Counted from the first letter of the whole stretch, positions 1-12,210 are shown. The stretch: DNA of 62,916 bases, filler included, from Octopus bimaculoides (GCF_001194135.2; 7 parts of 7 records of this genome joined end to end with filler, not necessarily neighbours in it); one strand, 5' to 3'. The notes: generated by a model not told the origin, from the sequence alone. Program-made: numbers and translations.

Positions 1-399
1 GTTTTAGCATCCAGTCCTCAGAGTTTTTCAGATAGGTATCTAGGCCAATTGTGGCTACCTTCATTGATAATGCCAGCTGTAGTAGTCCTCGACCTCCCTC
101 TTTTCTTGGCAGATAAAGACGTTCTATATCTGCCTTAGGGTGGTGCATTCTATGCATTGTCAACAGTTTTCGTATTTTTCTGTCAACATTACATATTTCA
201 GTAATTGACCAGTTAACGATATTGAAACTGTAAGTCACGACTGGTATGGCTAGAGCATTGATCGCTTCGATCCTGTTTCTTGCATTTAGCTCTGTCTTCA
301 GTATTGCTCTCACCCTGCGATAACATTCTCTTCTGACCCTTTCCCTCATCACTGAATGCTTAATATTGTCCCCTTCAATTACCACTAGGTATTTGTAGC

Positions 400-400
<1 letters not shown>
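1..400 (-). mobile_element. R4/Dong-like non-LTR retrotransposon fragment (RT C-terminal/thumb region), 5'-truncated, runs off window start
   Basis: Stop-free minus frame of about 133 aa, translated by hand: SYKYLVVIEGDNIKH...ELNARNRIEAINALAIPVVTYSF...DRKIRKLLTMHRMHHPKADIERLYLPRKEGGRGLLQL. YKYLG-like and RLY-PR--GGRGL motifs are typical of REL-endonuclease (R4/Dong) elements. Confidence 0.85.
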
Positions 401-430
<30 letters not shown>

Positions 431-449
431 GTTGTTGTTGTTGTTGTTA

Positions 450-525
<76 letters not shown>

Positions 526-535
526 CATCATTATT
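401..535. repeat. (TTA)n/(TTG)n microsatellite
   Basis: Directly visible trinucleotide array. Confidence 0.95.
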
Positions 536-611
536 AAGGGAGCGAGCTGGCAGAATCGTTAGCACGCCAGGTGAAATACTTAAGAAGATGATCCATCAAG
601 CTGAGCAAAAG

Positions 612-850
612 CACAGTCATGGCTGATACTGGTGTTATGCAAATTGGCACCTGTGCCTGTGGCGCATAAAAGCACCCATTACACTCTCAGAGTGGTTAGC
701 GTTAGGAAGGGCATCCGTCCATAGAAAGCCATGCCAAATCAGACTGGAGTCTGGTGCAGCCTTCTAGCGCGCCAGCCCAATCAAACTGTCCAACCCATGC
801 CAGCATGGACAATGGACTTAAATGATGAGGATGATGATGATGATGATGAT
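612..850 (+). mobile_element. Family D retroposon 3' end with (GAT)n tail
   Basis: GTTAGGAAGGGCATCC...AACCCATGC(C/T)AGCATGG...(GAT)n; same sequence recurs at 52595-52776 and 59175-59353. Confidence 0.75.
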
Positions 851-856
851 GGATGG

Positions 857-1420
857 ATGTATGTCATTGTTCAGTTTTATTTCAAGATTTCTTGCCAATA
901 GAGAAAGAGCTGGTTTCTAACCTAGATTCAAGGTTCCTTCATTGGAATTTCAACATCAACTGGGTATTTTGTATGTATGTATGTATGTATGTATGTAGTG
1001 AAGGCGCGTGGCTTAGTAGTTATGGGCATTTGGTTCGTGATTGTAAGGTTGTGGAGTTCAATTCCTGGCGACATGTTGTATCCTTGAGCAAGACACTTTA
1101 TTTCCCATTGCTCCAGTCCACTCAGCTGGCAAAAATGAGTAGTATCTGTATTTCAAAGGGCCGGCCTTGTCACACTCTGTGTCACACTGCGTCTCCCTGA
1201 GAACTACATTAAGGGTACACGTGTCTGTGGAGTGCTCAGCCACTTGCACGTTAATTTCATGAGCAAGCTGTTCCATTGATCGTATCAGCTGGGACCCTCG
1301 CCGTCATAACCGACGGAGTGCTCCTTTATGTATGCATGTATGTGTGCAGATTTTTATGTTGTTTCATGCATGTATTTTCATGCACATAGTTGCATACCTA
1401 GACATGTGCATATATGTTTA
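857..1420. repeat. Unclassified dispersed repeat interrupted by a SINE
   Basis: 857-997 plus 1328-1420 align to the uninterrupted copy at about 9680-9900. Confidence 0.7.
998..1324 (+). mobile_element. tRNA-derived SINE, family C
   Basis: tRNA-like head (TGGCTTAGTAG...GAGTTCAATTCC), CCTTGAGCAAGACAC CORE-like block, body shared with 45187 and 49353 copies. Confidence 0.8.
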
Positions 1421-1449
1421 AATGATGTATGTATGTATATATACATGTG

Positions 1450-1693
1450 TGTCTTTGTGTCTGTGTTTGTCCCACCACCACCACCACCACCATCACCACC
1501 ACTGCTTGACAACTGGTGTTGGTCTGTTTGTGTCCACATATGTCGCCTGTTCAGCAAAGGAGACCGATAGAATAAATACAAGGCTTAAAAAAAATATATG
1601 TTCTAGCGTCGATCTGATTGACTAAAAATTCTTCAAGGCAGTGCTCCAGCATGGCCGCGGTCCAATGGCTGCAATAAGTAACAGAATAAAAGA
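1450..1693 (+). mobile_element. SINE family A, 3' module only
   Basis: GCTTGACAAC...GAGACCGATAGAATAA...CTCCAGCATGGCCGC motif shared with full copies. Confidence 0.75.
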
Positions 1694-2264
1694 TTGCAAT
1701 GGGTTTTATTTGGGAGCATCAAACAGAGAAACCAAATATTTCAGTTCCCAGCTGACCATCGACCACAAGTTAAGAGCTGCACGAAAAAATCATGGCTGAG
1801 AAGGCCACCACAGGCAATCGCGGGGGAGTGGGAGATTGCGGTAGGGGAGGTCTGCCCCAGATGGCACTTTTAAAGTGGCACCACTTTCAGGTCTGCTGTA
1901 GGCAATATGTGATTTTTGTGAGGTCCAGGGGTAACAAATGGAAGGGCTGCCCCAGGCGGCATACACACTCTAGCAATACTAGTGACCCCAGGTTTTGTCT
2001 GAATGGTTGCAAAATGTTGCACTCACGATTATGAGATCATGGGTTCGATTCCCAGACTGGGCATTCCATTTAGTCATCTGACATATGACACCCGTTGCAC
2101 CTGAACAGGTAACGTCGATTTGATGGAGGGAGTGAGCTTATGTCTACACAAACATTTGATCACTATAAACAAATCATCTGTGTGGTTGTTTGGTAAGAAA
2201 TTGTCAAACCCTCATACGTCATCTAATGATAGGAGAGTCCATTATTGTATATATATATATTCTT

Positions 2265-2646
2265 CTATTCTTTCATTTTTTTACTTGTTTCAGTCATTTG
2301 ACTGCAGCCATGCTGGAGTACTGCCTTTAGTTGAACAAGTCGACCCCCTAGGTCTTATTCTTTGTAAGCCTAGTACTTATTCTATCAAACACTTTTGCTG
2401 AACTGCTAAGTTACAGGGATGTAAACACACCAACATTAGTGTCAAGTGATGATGGAGTGACAAGCACAAATATATACATATATATGTGTATACGACGGGC
2501 TTCTTTCAGTTTCCATCTACCAAATCCATTCACAAGGATTTGGCCGGTGAAAGGCTGTAGTAGAAGACACTTGACCAGTGTACCCGGCAGTGGGACTGAA
2601 CGCAAAACCATGTGGCTGAGAAGCAAGCTTCTTACTACTCAGCCAT
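2265..2646 (-). mobile_element. SINE family A, full length
   Basis: Reverse complement of the 20279-20690 element, including the internal TA/TG tract. Confidence 0.8.
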
Positions 2647-3156
2647 GTTTATCTTACCTGACAAGCAAGGCCTAAAGAGTGATTCAGTATAATTTAAAAT
2701 GTTAGTCCTTCATCACAAACTGGGCCAAAAGTCAACCAGACCCACAGAATTAACGAATTGCTGCCATGATGTCATGATTTCATAGGGCCATGGTATCAGT
2801 ATTATTTCAAGGCATGGACCACCGGGTAGTTGACTGAGGGGGTGGGCTGCATGAGTTTAGGGGCCCAATTCCAATCTATTTAACTTGTGGTTTACTGTCA
2901 CTAAATAAATACAGTAGGACCCAGCGCATTGGTTGTGCCCAGGGTACTGAGGTGGCTCTGCATGGTGTACGCGTTAATTAGTGCCTGAAAATTATGTTGT
3001 TAATGATTTATTACCAAATGTGTCTTGATATTTGACCTTTGACATTTGACAGTACCGATCCAGGCATGTCTGACAGGATTCACCTATCAAACTTTGAGTA
3101 CATAGAAAGGTTAGGTGGCTGTGGTTGTTGTGGGATGATAAAGCGATTTTGAGCTA

Positions 3157-3200
<44 letters not shown>

Positions 3201-3589
3201 AAATAATGCTGAATATATCTAATTTTATAGGTTTGCTTTTTTTTTGGATATTTTCCTCCATGTTTTGACCAGATATTTACTTTGAGCATGCTAGCATGGG
3301 TTGGATGGTTCGAAAGGGGCTGGCAAGCCAGAGGCCAGCACCGAGCCCCACTGTCTGCTCTGGCACGGCTTTTGTGGATGAATGTCGTTCCTAACACCAA
3401 CCACCCAACAGAGTGTACTGTGTGCTTTTCATGTGGTGCCAGCATAGGTGCTTTCCACATGGTGCTAGCACAGATGCTTTTTATGTGGCGCCAGCACAGG
3501 TGCTGCCAAAGGTAAAAGGAAAAAGTATGTGTGTGTGTTGTTATTGTGGCCAATAGAAGAAAATGTTATTATTATTATTATTATTATTA

Positions 3590-3822
3590 AGGAGATGAGC
3601 TGGCAGAATTGTTAGCACACCAACCAAAACGCTTAGCAGTATTTCTCCCGCTGCTATATTCCGAGTTCAAATTCCACCAAGGTTGACCTTGCCTTTTATC
3701 CTTTCAGGGTCAATAAATTAAGTACCAATGAAACACTGGAGTCAATATAATGAACTTAACCGCTCCCACCAAATTTCAAGCCTTGTGCCTATAGGAGAAA
3801 GGATTGTCATTATTATTATTAT
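3590..3822 (+). mobile_element. SINE family B flanked by (ATT)n
   Basis: GAGCTGGCAGAATTGTTAGCAC head, GAGTTCAAATTCC B-box, GCCTTTTATCCTTTCAGGGTCAATAAATTAAGTACC central block. Confidence 0.8.
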
Positions 3823-3936
3823 TTAGTAAATATCTGGTTAAAATGGGGTGGTGGGGCTATATAAAAAAGCAAACCTAGATATTTAGCATTATTTACCATT
3901 GTCAGCATATACATATATATACATATATATACAGAT

Positions 3937-4200
3937 ATATACAGATATAGGGCAGGGAATCGTCAGTTAGTAATAAAATTAATAATTAACAATTTTGCCA
4001 AGTAGTTCAGTATGAAAAAACCTTTGACTGCTATTTCTAAATTCTCAGTATGTTGGAGAAGCAACTCATGCTAATCCCTGTATATTTATGATTATAAATG
4101 GTTTTACCGATAAAGGTTTTTTCATACTGAACTACTTGGCAAAATTGTTAATTATTAATTTTATTACTAATTGACGATTCCCTGCCCTATATCTGTATAT
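3937..4200. repeat. Fold-back inverted repeat, 89-nt arms
   Basis: 3937-4025 is the reverse complement of 4112-4200, with one mismatch seen. Confidence 0.9.
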
Positions 4201-4420
4201 TTTATATTGATGCCTCTAATTGGATGGTTAAACTGTAACCCTTCATACGGGACTTTTTTATACGGGACTATTTGTGGCGCACATAGAATAGATTCTTTGG
4301 AGTGAAGTGTTTGAACTCACTAGCCGATAAATTTCGTAAGTGCCTTCCTCACGTGGTTTTGATGTCGCATGGTCAAAATCCCCGTGAGTTTTTATTAGAC
4401 ACTTTCAAATTTATTCGAAT

Positions 4421-4482
4421 ATTGGGCTGAAGATCAGAATAGAGTAACTTCATACTCTTAACCGTGAAACGTCGTACCCAAT
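4421..4482 (+). ncRNA. Type I hammerhead ribozyme motif, core intact
   Basis: ATTGGG-CTGAAGA-[stem II with AGAGTA/TACTCT]-GAA-ACG-T-CGT-A-CCCAAT: 6-bp helix I, palindromic helix III, GUA site; base of helix II poorly paired. Confidence 0.75.
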
Positions 4483-4663
4483 TAACTAAAGGCAGGTTTG
4501 TTTTTGCTTTTCTCTTCTGTTTTTTGTTCTGTGTGTGCCATAAATATCACCATCCGTTAGGGAAAAAATTTGTAGTTTGGAATCAGTAGTTCTTTGACTG
4601 CTATTTCTAAATTCTCAGTATGTTGGAGAAGCAACTCATGCTAATTCCTGTATATTTATGATT

Positions 4664-4684
<21 letters not shown>

Positions 4685-4702
<18 letters not shown>

Positions 4703-4863
4703 CATATGACGGGTTTCTTTCAGTTTCCGTCTGCCAAATCCACTCACAAGGCTTTGGTCGCTCCGAGGCTATAGTAGAAGACACTTGCCCAAGATGCCAT
4801 GCAATGGGACTGAACCTAGAACCATGTGGTTGGGAAGCAAGCTTCTTACCACACAGCCACTCC
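4685..4863 (-). mobile_element. SINE family A, 5' half
   Basis: Matches head to GAAACTGAAAGAA segment of family A. Confidence 0.8.
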
Positions 4864-4996
4864 AGCACCTATAAATTCAATATTTGCTTAATAATACTGA
4901 GTATTAATTGAAACAGCTGTAAGTGAAGATGATTAATTTGTTGTTAATAATAAATAATTATTAACTTCCCAATCTACATTTTCTTTTTCTTCTATA

Positions 4997-5335
4997 TGAA
5001 GGCTCATGGCTTAGTGCTTAGATCATCGAGCTTACAATCGTGAGGTTGTGAGTTCGATTCCTGGACTGGACTCTGTGTTGTGTTCTTGAGCAAGACACTT
5101 TATTTCATGTTGCTCCAATTCACTCAGCTGTAGAAATGAGTTGTGACATCACAGGTGCCAAGCTGTATTGGCCCCTTTGCCTTTCTCTTGGATAACATCA
5201 CTGGTGTGGAGAGGGGAGGCCAGTATGCATGGCCGACTGCTGGTCTTCCATAAACAACCTTGCCTGGACTTGTGCCTGGGAGGGGAACTTTCTAGATGCA
5301 ATCCCAAGGTCAGTCATGACCAAAGGGGATCACGA
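4997..5335 (+). mobile_element. SINE family C variant
   Basis: tRNA-like head and TTGAGCAAGACACTT block; body matches the reverse-strand copy at 14800-15135. Confidence 0.75.
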
Positions 5336-5619
5336 CAACGATGACGATTATAAACCATGTTTTTATGTGAATGCAAATGGCATTTAAAATTTATGACAGC
5401 TCTTTCAGTAGTATTTTATTTAATGCAGTTATAAAAGATTACATAATCAGAATATAATCTCTCGTCAAAAGATAAAACCTTAAAAAGCGTAAGATTATAA
5501 ACATTGACCCAGACATAACCAAGATTAACCGGATTAGGTACTTGCATATCTATGGTAGCCTACCAACACTTGATGTATTCAATGTTGTTTGTTTCACTGT
5601 GCTTTGGTTCTTATGAATC

Positions 5620-6035
5620 CATCATCATCATCATTTAACATCCATTTTCCATGCTGGTATGGGTTGGACGATTTGACAGAAGCTGACCATCTGTTTCAGA
5701 ATGGTTTCTATGGCTGGATGCCCTTCCTAACACCAACCATTTTATGGGGTGTGCCGGGTACTCTTACACAGCACCAGCATGGGTGTTTTAAATGTGGCAT
5801 CAACACCCATGATAAGCCTGCAAGATTAGGGATGCTCAGCTGGAGAGGGTTGCAAGAGATGAGCCTTTATGCAAGGGCAATCACGCTTTTACTTAGCTTC
5901 ACGTGTCTTTTCAAGCACAGCAAACAGACGGGTCTCGGTCCCCTATCATCCCCTCTGTGAGTTTCAACATCTGTAGATCCTCATCACTTCATCCCATGTC
6001 TTCCTGAGTCTACCCCTTCCACTAACAAAATCATA
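5620..6035 (-). mobile_element. RTE-clade LINE 3' end (ORF C-terminus, 3' UTR, (GAT)n tail), 5'-truncated
   Basis: Minus frame GRGRLRKTWDEVMR...GDRD matches the RTE C-terminal GRPRKTW motif, followed by the family D tail. Confidence 0.75.
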
Positions 6036-7069
6036 GAAGGGCATCCTGGCGTTAGTAAGGGTATCCAGCTGTAGAAACTTTGCCAGATAAGATTGGAGCC
6101 TGGTGCAGCCTTCTGGCATGGGTTGGACGGTTTGACTGAGGGCCAGCAAGCTGGAGAGCTGCACTACGTTCCAGTCTGATTTGGCAGGGTTTCTATGCCC
6201 TTCCTCATGCCAACCATTTTACTGAGTGTGCTGTGTGCTTTTAACATGGCACCAGCACAGGTGCCTCTATTGTGACGCCAGCGCAGGTGCTGTTATGTGG
6301 TGCTGACACGGGTGCTCTTTATATGGTGCAGCACATGCACTTTTTACATGGCACCTGCACAGGGCACAAATGGCAGGCTTCCTTCAGTTTCCATCTACCA
6401 AATTCTCTCACAAGGCATCAGTCAGTATGGGGCTATAGTAGAAGACACTTGCCCAAGGTGCTATATGGTGGGATTGAAACAGGAACCGTGTGGTTGCAAA
6501 GTGAGCTTTTTAACCACATGGCCATGCCTGCATTTAATTGCATATATTCTATTACATATAATGTTTATACAAATACACATGGATTTGTATATATGTATAA
6601 ATCTATATATTTATTTATATACACATATATACATTATACACACACATATGTGTTCATATTTATATATATAACGTTATATATAAATATGTACATACACACA
6701 CACGCACATGCACCTTCTAATTCTGCCAAGATACTCCATACTCAAGACAAATGCAGACCTAACTTGATACAAAGACTAACCATTCCTGTATCGGAGAGGG
6801 TTTTTATTTTCCAAACAATATCCTAATTTAATCAATCCTTAACCATTTGTCTGTAAATAGATTAGCATCACGTCTTTCCCTTTCTCACTCAGACACACAT
6901 TCACACACACACACACAGCCACATATTCTTGTTGTAGCCATTGTTCAAGTCAATAAGCTAGACTGGTCTTCAACAATGGTGACACAGTTAGTGACTGCCT
7001 TCTCCATTAACTGTGAAATCTTAAGACATTATTCCATTGCTGTCTTTTAATGAGGTAACACTGCCACCT

Positions 7070-7105
<36 letters not shown>

Positions 7106-7527
7106 ATAATAATAATAATAATAATAATAATGGTGGTGGTGGTGGTGGTGATGGTTATTGTCCTGGTTGAATGGTGGCTGGTTCTGGTCAGCTCTGGTCA
7201 GTTCTGACCAGGTAGATTTTATGAAACTTGGGTGGCCACTTATTGTTAGCTGTACTGTAGTTGCTGCTGCTGCTGCTGCTATTGTTGTCGTTGCAGTTGC
7301 TGCTGTTTTTGTTGTTGTTGTCCTTTTTATTGTTGATGTTGTTGTTGCTGTTATTGTTGTAGTTGCTGTTGTGTTGTTTTTGTTGCTGCTGCTGTTTTTG
7401 TTGTTCTTGTTGTCTAGCTTGTAGTCAGTCTTCATTAAACATACCTATAACGAAACATGACATTCTGGCCATGACCATCCAAAATTTTATCTCAGATTTT
7501 ATTTTCCAGTATTTCCTCACCTTTGTG

Positions 7528-7564
<37 letters not shown>

Positions 7565-7829
7565 TAAACAGTAAGTTGTGATTTGAGAGAAGTTTGGCTG
7601 CTATTTCTAACAGTCGAGTGACCACTTAGGAGCTTCTTTTTTAGTTCACTGGTTGCCAGTCTCTGAAACTGTGATTCCACAGGGCTTTTGATCCATGGAT
7701 CCAGATGATATCTCCTGCCTCAACCTTGTTGGAGTGGTTTATTGGGTTAATTGGAATGGTCTGGGGATAGGGTTAGGGTTTGAAAATGGAGGAGGGGAAC
7801 AGACAAAGAAATAGACAGATAGATAGATA

Positions 7830-7979
7830 GATAGATAGATATACAGACAGACAGAGAGAGAGAGAGAGAGAAAGACAAACAGAAAGGCTTGGTAGGTAGG
7901 TAGAGAGAGAGAGAGAGAGAAAGACAAACAGAAAGGCTTGCTAGGTAGGTAGGTAGGTAGAGAGAGNNNNNNNNNNNNN

Positions 7980-8031
<52 letters not shown>

Positions 8032-8138
8032 AACAGAAAGGCTTGCTAGGTAGGTAGGTAGAGAGAGAGAGAGAGAGAGGGGGCAAGCACACAGACAGAC
8101 AGGCATACAAGCAGACAGACAGGTAGGTAGAGATAGAC

Positions 8139-8172
<34 letters not shown>

Positions 8173-8175
8173 GTT
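7830..8175. repeat. Compound (GA)n/(GGTA)n/(GATA)n array with repeated spacer AAAGACAAACAGAAAGGCTTG
   Basis: Three copies of the spacer visible between microsatellite blocks. Confidence 0.85.
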
Positions 8176-8606
8176 ATGTTCGTAGATGGACAGACAGAAA
8201 GACAAACAGGTCCATTGATTGATTGTTCAATAAATTGATCGATTGATTTTGGGAGGCTAGTTAAATGGGAAAATGTATGAATGAATGATTTGATCCAAGG
8301 ACAGATATTATAACATATACATACACCCACACTCACGTGTACGAGCTACATAAAACCGTGTATGTCTCTGTAACATATTGATAAATAAATATGGCCAGAG
8401 ATGATCAATAGCCGTTATCTATAAAGGTTATAGAGTTGTAGTTTAACTTTAATACTTAAAAATCTTGTGTGAACGATACCTCCGGGCCTAAAATTTTGGC
8501 TTTTAAATTATTGCCACACTAAAGATATACATAGTTATGTCCCTTGCATTGGTGAACCGTTTTCATGGGTTTTAATGAGACGCAAGGAAATTTATTAGAC
8601 GAAGTT

Positions 8607-8845
8607 AGGGCGGCGAGCTGGCAGAATCGTTAGCACGCCGGGCGAAATGCTTAGCGGTATTTCGTCTGCCATTACATTCTGAGTTCAAATTCCGCCGAAG
8701 TCGACTTTGCCTTTCATCCTTTCGGGGTCGATTAAATAAGTACCAGTTACGCACTGGGGTTCATGTAATTGACTTCATCCCTTTGTCTGTCCTTGTTTGT
8801 CCACTGTATGTTTAGCCCCTTGTGAGTAATAAAGAAATAAGAATC
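8607..8845 (+). mobile_element. SINE family B, young-looking copy with many CpGs; a second partial copy follows to about 9030
   Basis: GGCGGCGAGCTGGCAGAATCGTTAGCACGCCGGGCG...GTCGACTTTGCCTTTCATCCTTTCGGGGTCGAT. Confidence 0.85.
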
Positions 8846-9264
8846 GTTATTAGCACGCAGGACAAAATGTACTGCGGTATTTCGTCCGCAAAGGTCAACT
8901 TTTACGAGGTTATCTCCTCAAGGTCGATAAAATAAATACCAGTTGATTGAGCACTGGGAGAGGGGTGTTGATGTAATCGACTTAGCTCCTCCCTCGAAAT
9001 TGCTGGCCTTGTGCCAAAATTTGAAACATTATTAGACGAAGTTTAATGAGGGGACAAATACCAGTAATATGTTGAGGTCGATTATAATAAGCTGTTCCTC
9101 AAACAGCATTACCTTGAAATTTTGGTTTTGGTCAATTAGAAATTATTTTCAAATACTTTATGGTGGCAAACGATGGCACAGAAGAAAAGATGTTTTTATG
9201 TACCCCTGCGTGTGTGTATGAGAGAGAGAAACAGAGAGAGAAAGAGCCTCTTTGTATCTATCTA

Positions 9265-9307
<43 letters not shown>

Positions 9308-9358
9308 CTCTATCTGTCTATCTATCTAACCATCTGTCTGTCTACATATTTATCTACC

Positions 9359-9395
<37 letters not shown>

Positions 9396-9402
9396 GCGTG
9401 TA

Positions 9403-9461
<59 letters not shown>

Positions 9462-9905
9462 AAATGAATAGAAAATGGAGATATATTTCACAATTGCCAA
9501 TTCAAAAATTAAAATTTAAAATTTATAATAATAAAACATTATATAATCAATTATAGATATTAAATATAGATTACATACAATTGTTTCGATTCTTACCCAT
9601 AATAAAATTATAAACATCCATTGTTTGTGGGCAAGAATCTCCTCAGTGTAGTTTTTTATATATGTGGATTCACAGATATGTATGTATGTATGTATGTCAT
9701 TATTCAGTTTATTTCAAGATTTCTCGCCAATAGAGACAGAACCAATTTCTAACCTAGATCCAAGGTCTCCTTCATTGGAATTTCAACATCAACAGCAGGG
9801 TATTTTTGTATGTATATATATGTATGTGCAGATTTGTATGTTTTGTTTTATGTAAATATTCTCATGCATATAGTTGCATACTAAACATGCTCATATATAT
9901 TTTAG

Positions 9906-10089
9906 CCCTTTCATTACTGTATTTATTTTGAGGTGCTCTGTGTTTCTTTCAATTAATTTTAAATATAACAAAGAATTTAGTAAAATAATTTAGTTATCAT
10001 TCAGCTAGTGTTAGGAACATAAATTGTGACTAAGGTTTGGTGGAAGATTTTAATTCAAAACTTATGAAAACAAGACATTTGTACTCAGA
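9906..10089 (+). mobile_element. Partial copy of the piggyBac-like MITE, cut by gap
   Basis: Aligns to 19441-19612. Confidence 0.75.
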
Positions 10090-10395
10090 NNNNNNNNNNN
10101 NNNNNNNNNNNNNNNNNNNNNNNNNNNNNNNNNNNNNNNNNNNNNNNNNNNNNNNNNNNNNNNNNNNNNNNNNNNNNNNNNNNNNNNNNNNNNNNNNNNN
10201 NNNNNNNNNNNNNNNNNNNNNNNNNNNNNNNNNNNNNNNNNNNNNNNNNNNNNNNNNNNNNNNNNNNNNNNNNNNNNNNNNNNNNNNNNNNNNNNNNNNN
10301 NNNNNNNNNNNNNNNNNNNNNNNNNNNNNNNNNNNNNNNNNNNNNNNNNNNNNNNNNNNNNNNNNNNNNNNNNNNNNNNNNNNNNNNNNNNNNNN

Positions 10396-10560
10396 ATCTG
10401 TAGTCTTCGAATTATCTTTCTCCTTTCTGGTTTTGAGAAGCCTAATTTCTCAAGATTGGTATTTAGGCAGTGTGTTACATATCCCAGTGCCCCAATGATT
10501 ACAGGTATAAAGCTGAACTTGTAATCTGGATCGAGTAACTGCAGATTTCTCAATAGATCA
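10396..10560 (-). mobile_element. R4/Dong-like REL endonuclease C-terminal fragment
   Basis: LLRNLQLLDPDYKFSFIPVIIGALGYVTHCLNTNLEKLGF: P-IIGALG...L--LG motif at the end of restriction-like endonuclease ORFs. Confidence 0.7.
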
Positions 10561-11307
10561 GCCTAATTGTTCTCTTTTTCACTGATCTTCAGTTTTATGT
10601 TAACATCCGCTGGGCAGCTAATTCACACAACTCTGCACAGTTTCTCTTCTCTATCCCAAATCATTATATCAGGTCTGTATGTATGTGTATGTGTAGGTAT
10701 ATGTCTACCTTTCTACCTGTTTACCTATCTCTTTGCCTCCGTCTATCCAGCTATTTATCCAGGCAGCTGATTGTCTGTCTATCACTAAGCGTCTCTGTCT
10801 GTCAGTCTGTCTGTCAGTCTTTGTGTATCTTTCCTTCAACCTGTCAGTCAGTCAATTTTTCCCTGACCCCTATCTTTCCTTTCCATCACAACTAAGACAA
10901 AGAAACCAAACCCTAATCTCCAGATTATTCAAAGGGATTTATTTTCCTGTTGCTGTTTAGCCTAGGTCGGTCCTGTTTGAGCTGATCTTATGATTAAAGG
11001 CACTTCAGTCAGCGACGCTGGACATAGACATCCACATGAAACCAGGGTGTGAATGTGACTAAAACTTACTAAATGTGTGGGGGGGGTGCAGTTAAACAGT
11101 TTTCTTGGTTACTGATGAGATCTTGGTATAAGTATTGAAACTTGTCTGGATGCTCGCTCTCCCCCCCCNNNNNNNNNNNNNNNNNNNNNNNNNNNNNNNN
11201 NNNNNNNNNNNNNNNNNNNNNNNNNNNNNNNNNNNNNNNNNNNNNNNNNNNNNNNNNNNNNNNNNNNNNNNNNNNNNNNNNNNNNNNNNNNNNNNNNNNN
11301 NNNNNNN

Positions 11308-11349
<42 letters not shown>

Positions 11350-11764
11350 GTATGTATGTATGTATGTATTTGTGTGTCTGTGTTTGCCCCCTACCATTGC
11401 TTGACAACCAATGTTAGTGTGTTTACTTAGCAGTCCAGCAAAAGAGACCGATAGAATAAGTACTAGGCTTACAAAGTGTGAGTCCTGGGGTCAATTCGTT
11501 CGACTAAAGGTGTTGCTCCAGCATGGCCGCAGTGAAATGACTGAAACAAGTAAAAGAATAAAAGAATTATTAAGAATTCTATAAAAATAAAGTCGTTAAA
11601 ATATTTTTTTGTGTATTTTAGAAGTATAACCAATTTGTTGCAGATGAATTTTAACAACAATGTTTTTTTTGTGGGGTCTGGGGGCGGCAAATGGAAGGGC
11701 CATCCCTGATGGCACACACTCTAGCTATGCTAGTGCCTTCTACTCAACCAGGTATTCATTTCTA

Positions 11765-12210
11765 CTCTAGGCACACGGCCCGAAATTTTTGTGGAGTGGG
11801 GGGCCAGTCAATTAGATTGACCCCAGTGTTCAACTGATGCTTATTTTATCGACCCCAAAAGGATGAAAGGTGAAGTCAACCTCGACAGAATTTGAACTCA
11901 GAACATAAAGACACGAATTCCCACTAAGCAGTTTGTCCAGCATGCTAACATTTCTGCCAGCTAGCTACCTTTAATAATAATAATAATAATAATAATCTTT
12001 TCTACTCTAGGCACAAGACCGAAAATTTGGGGGGAGGGAGGTCATTTGATTAGATCGACCTCAGTACGCAACTGGTACTTAATTTATCAACCCTGAAAGG
12101 ATGAAAGGCAAAGTCAACCTTGGCGGAATTTGAACTCAGAACGTAAAGACAGATGAAATACCGTTAAGCATTTCGCCCAGCATGCTAACGGCTCTGCCAG
12201 CTCACTGCCT
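11765..12210 (-). mobile_element. Head-to-tail pair of family B SINEs joined by an (ATT)n tail
   Basis: Two successive reverse-complement copies (about 11765-11972 and 11998-12210) separated by (AAT)n. Confidence 0.8.

Noticed and set aside
7830-8110. Repeated 21-nt spacer between variable tracts, superficially CRISPR-like
   Set aside because: Intervening sequence is microsatellite, not unique spacers; eukaryotic context with no cas genes
1-10560. The two R4/Dong-like fragments as one interrupted element
   Set aside because: On the minus strand the endonuclease piece lies upstream of the RT piece, the reverse of ORF order
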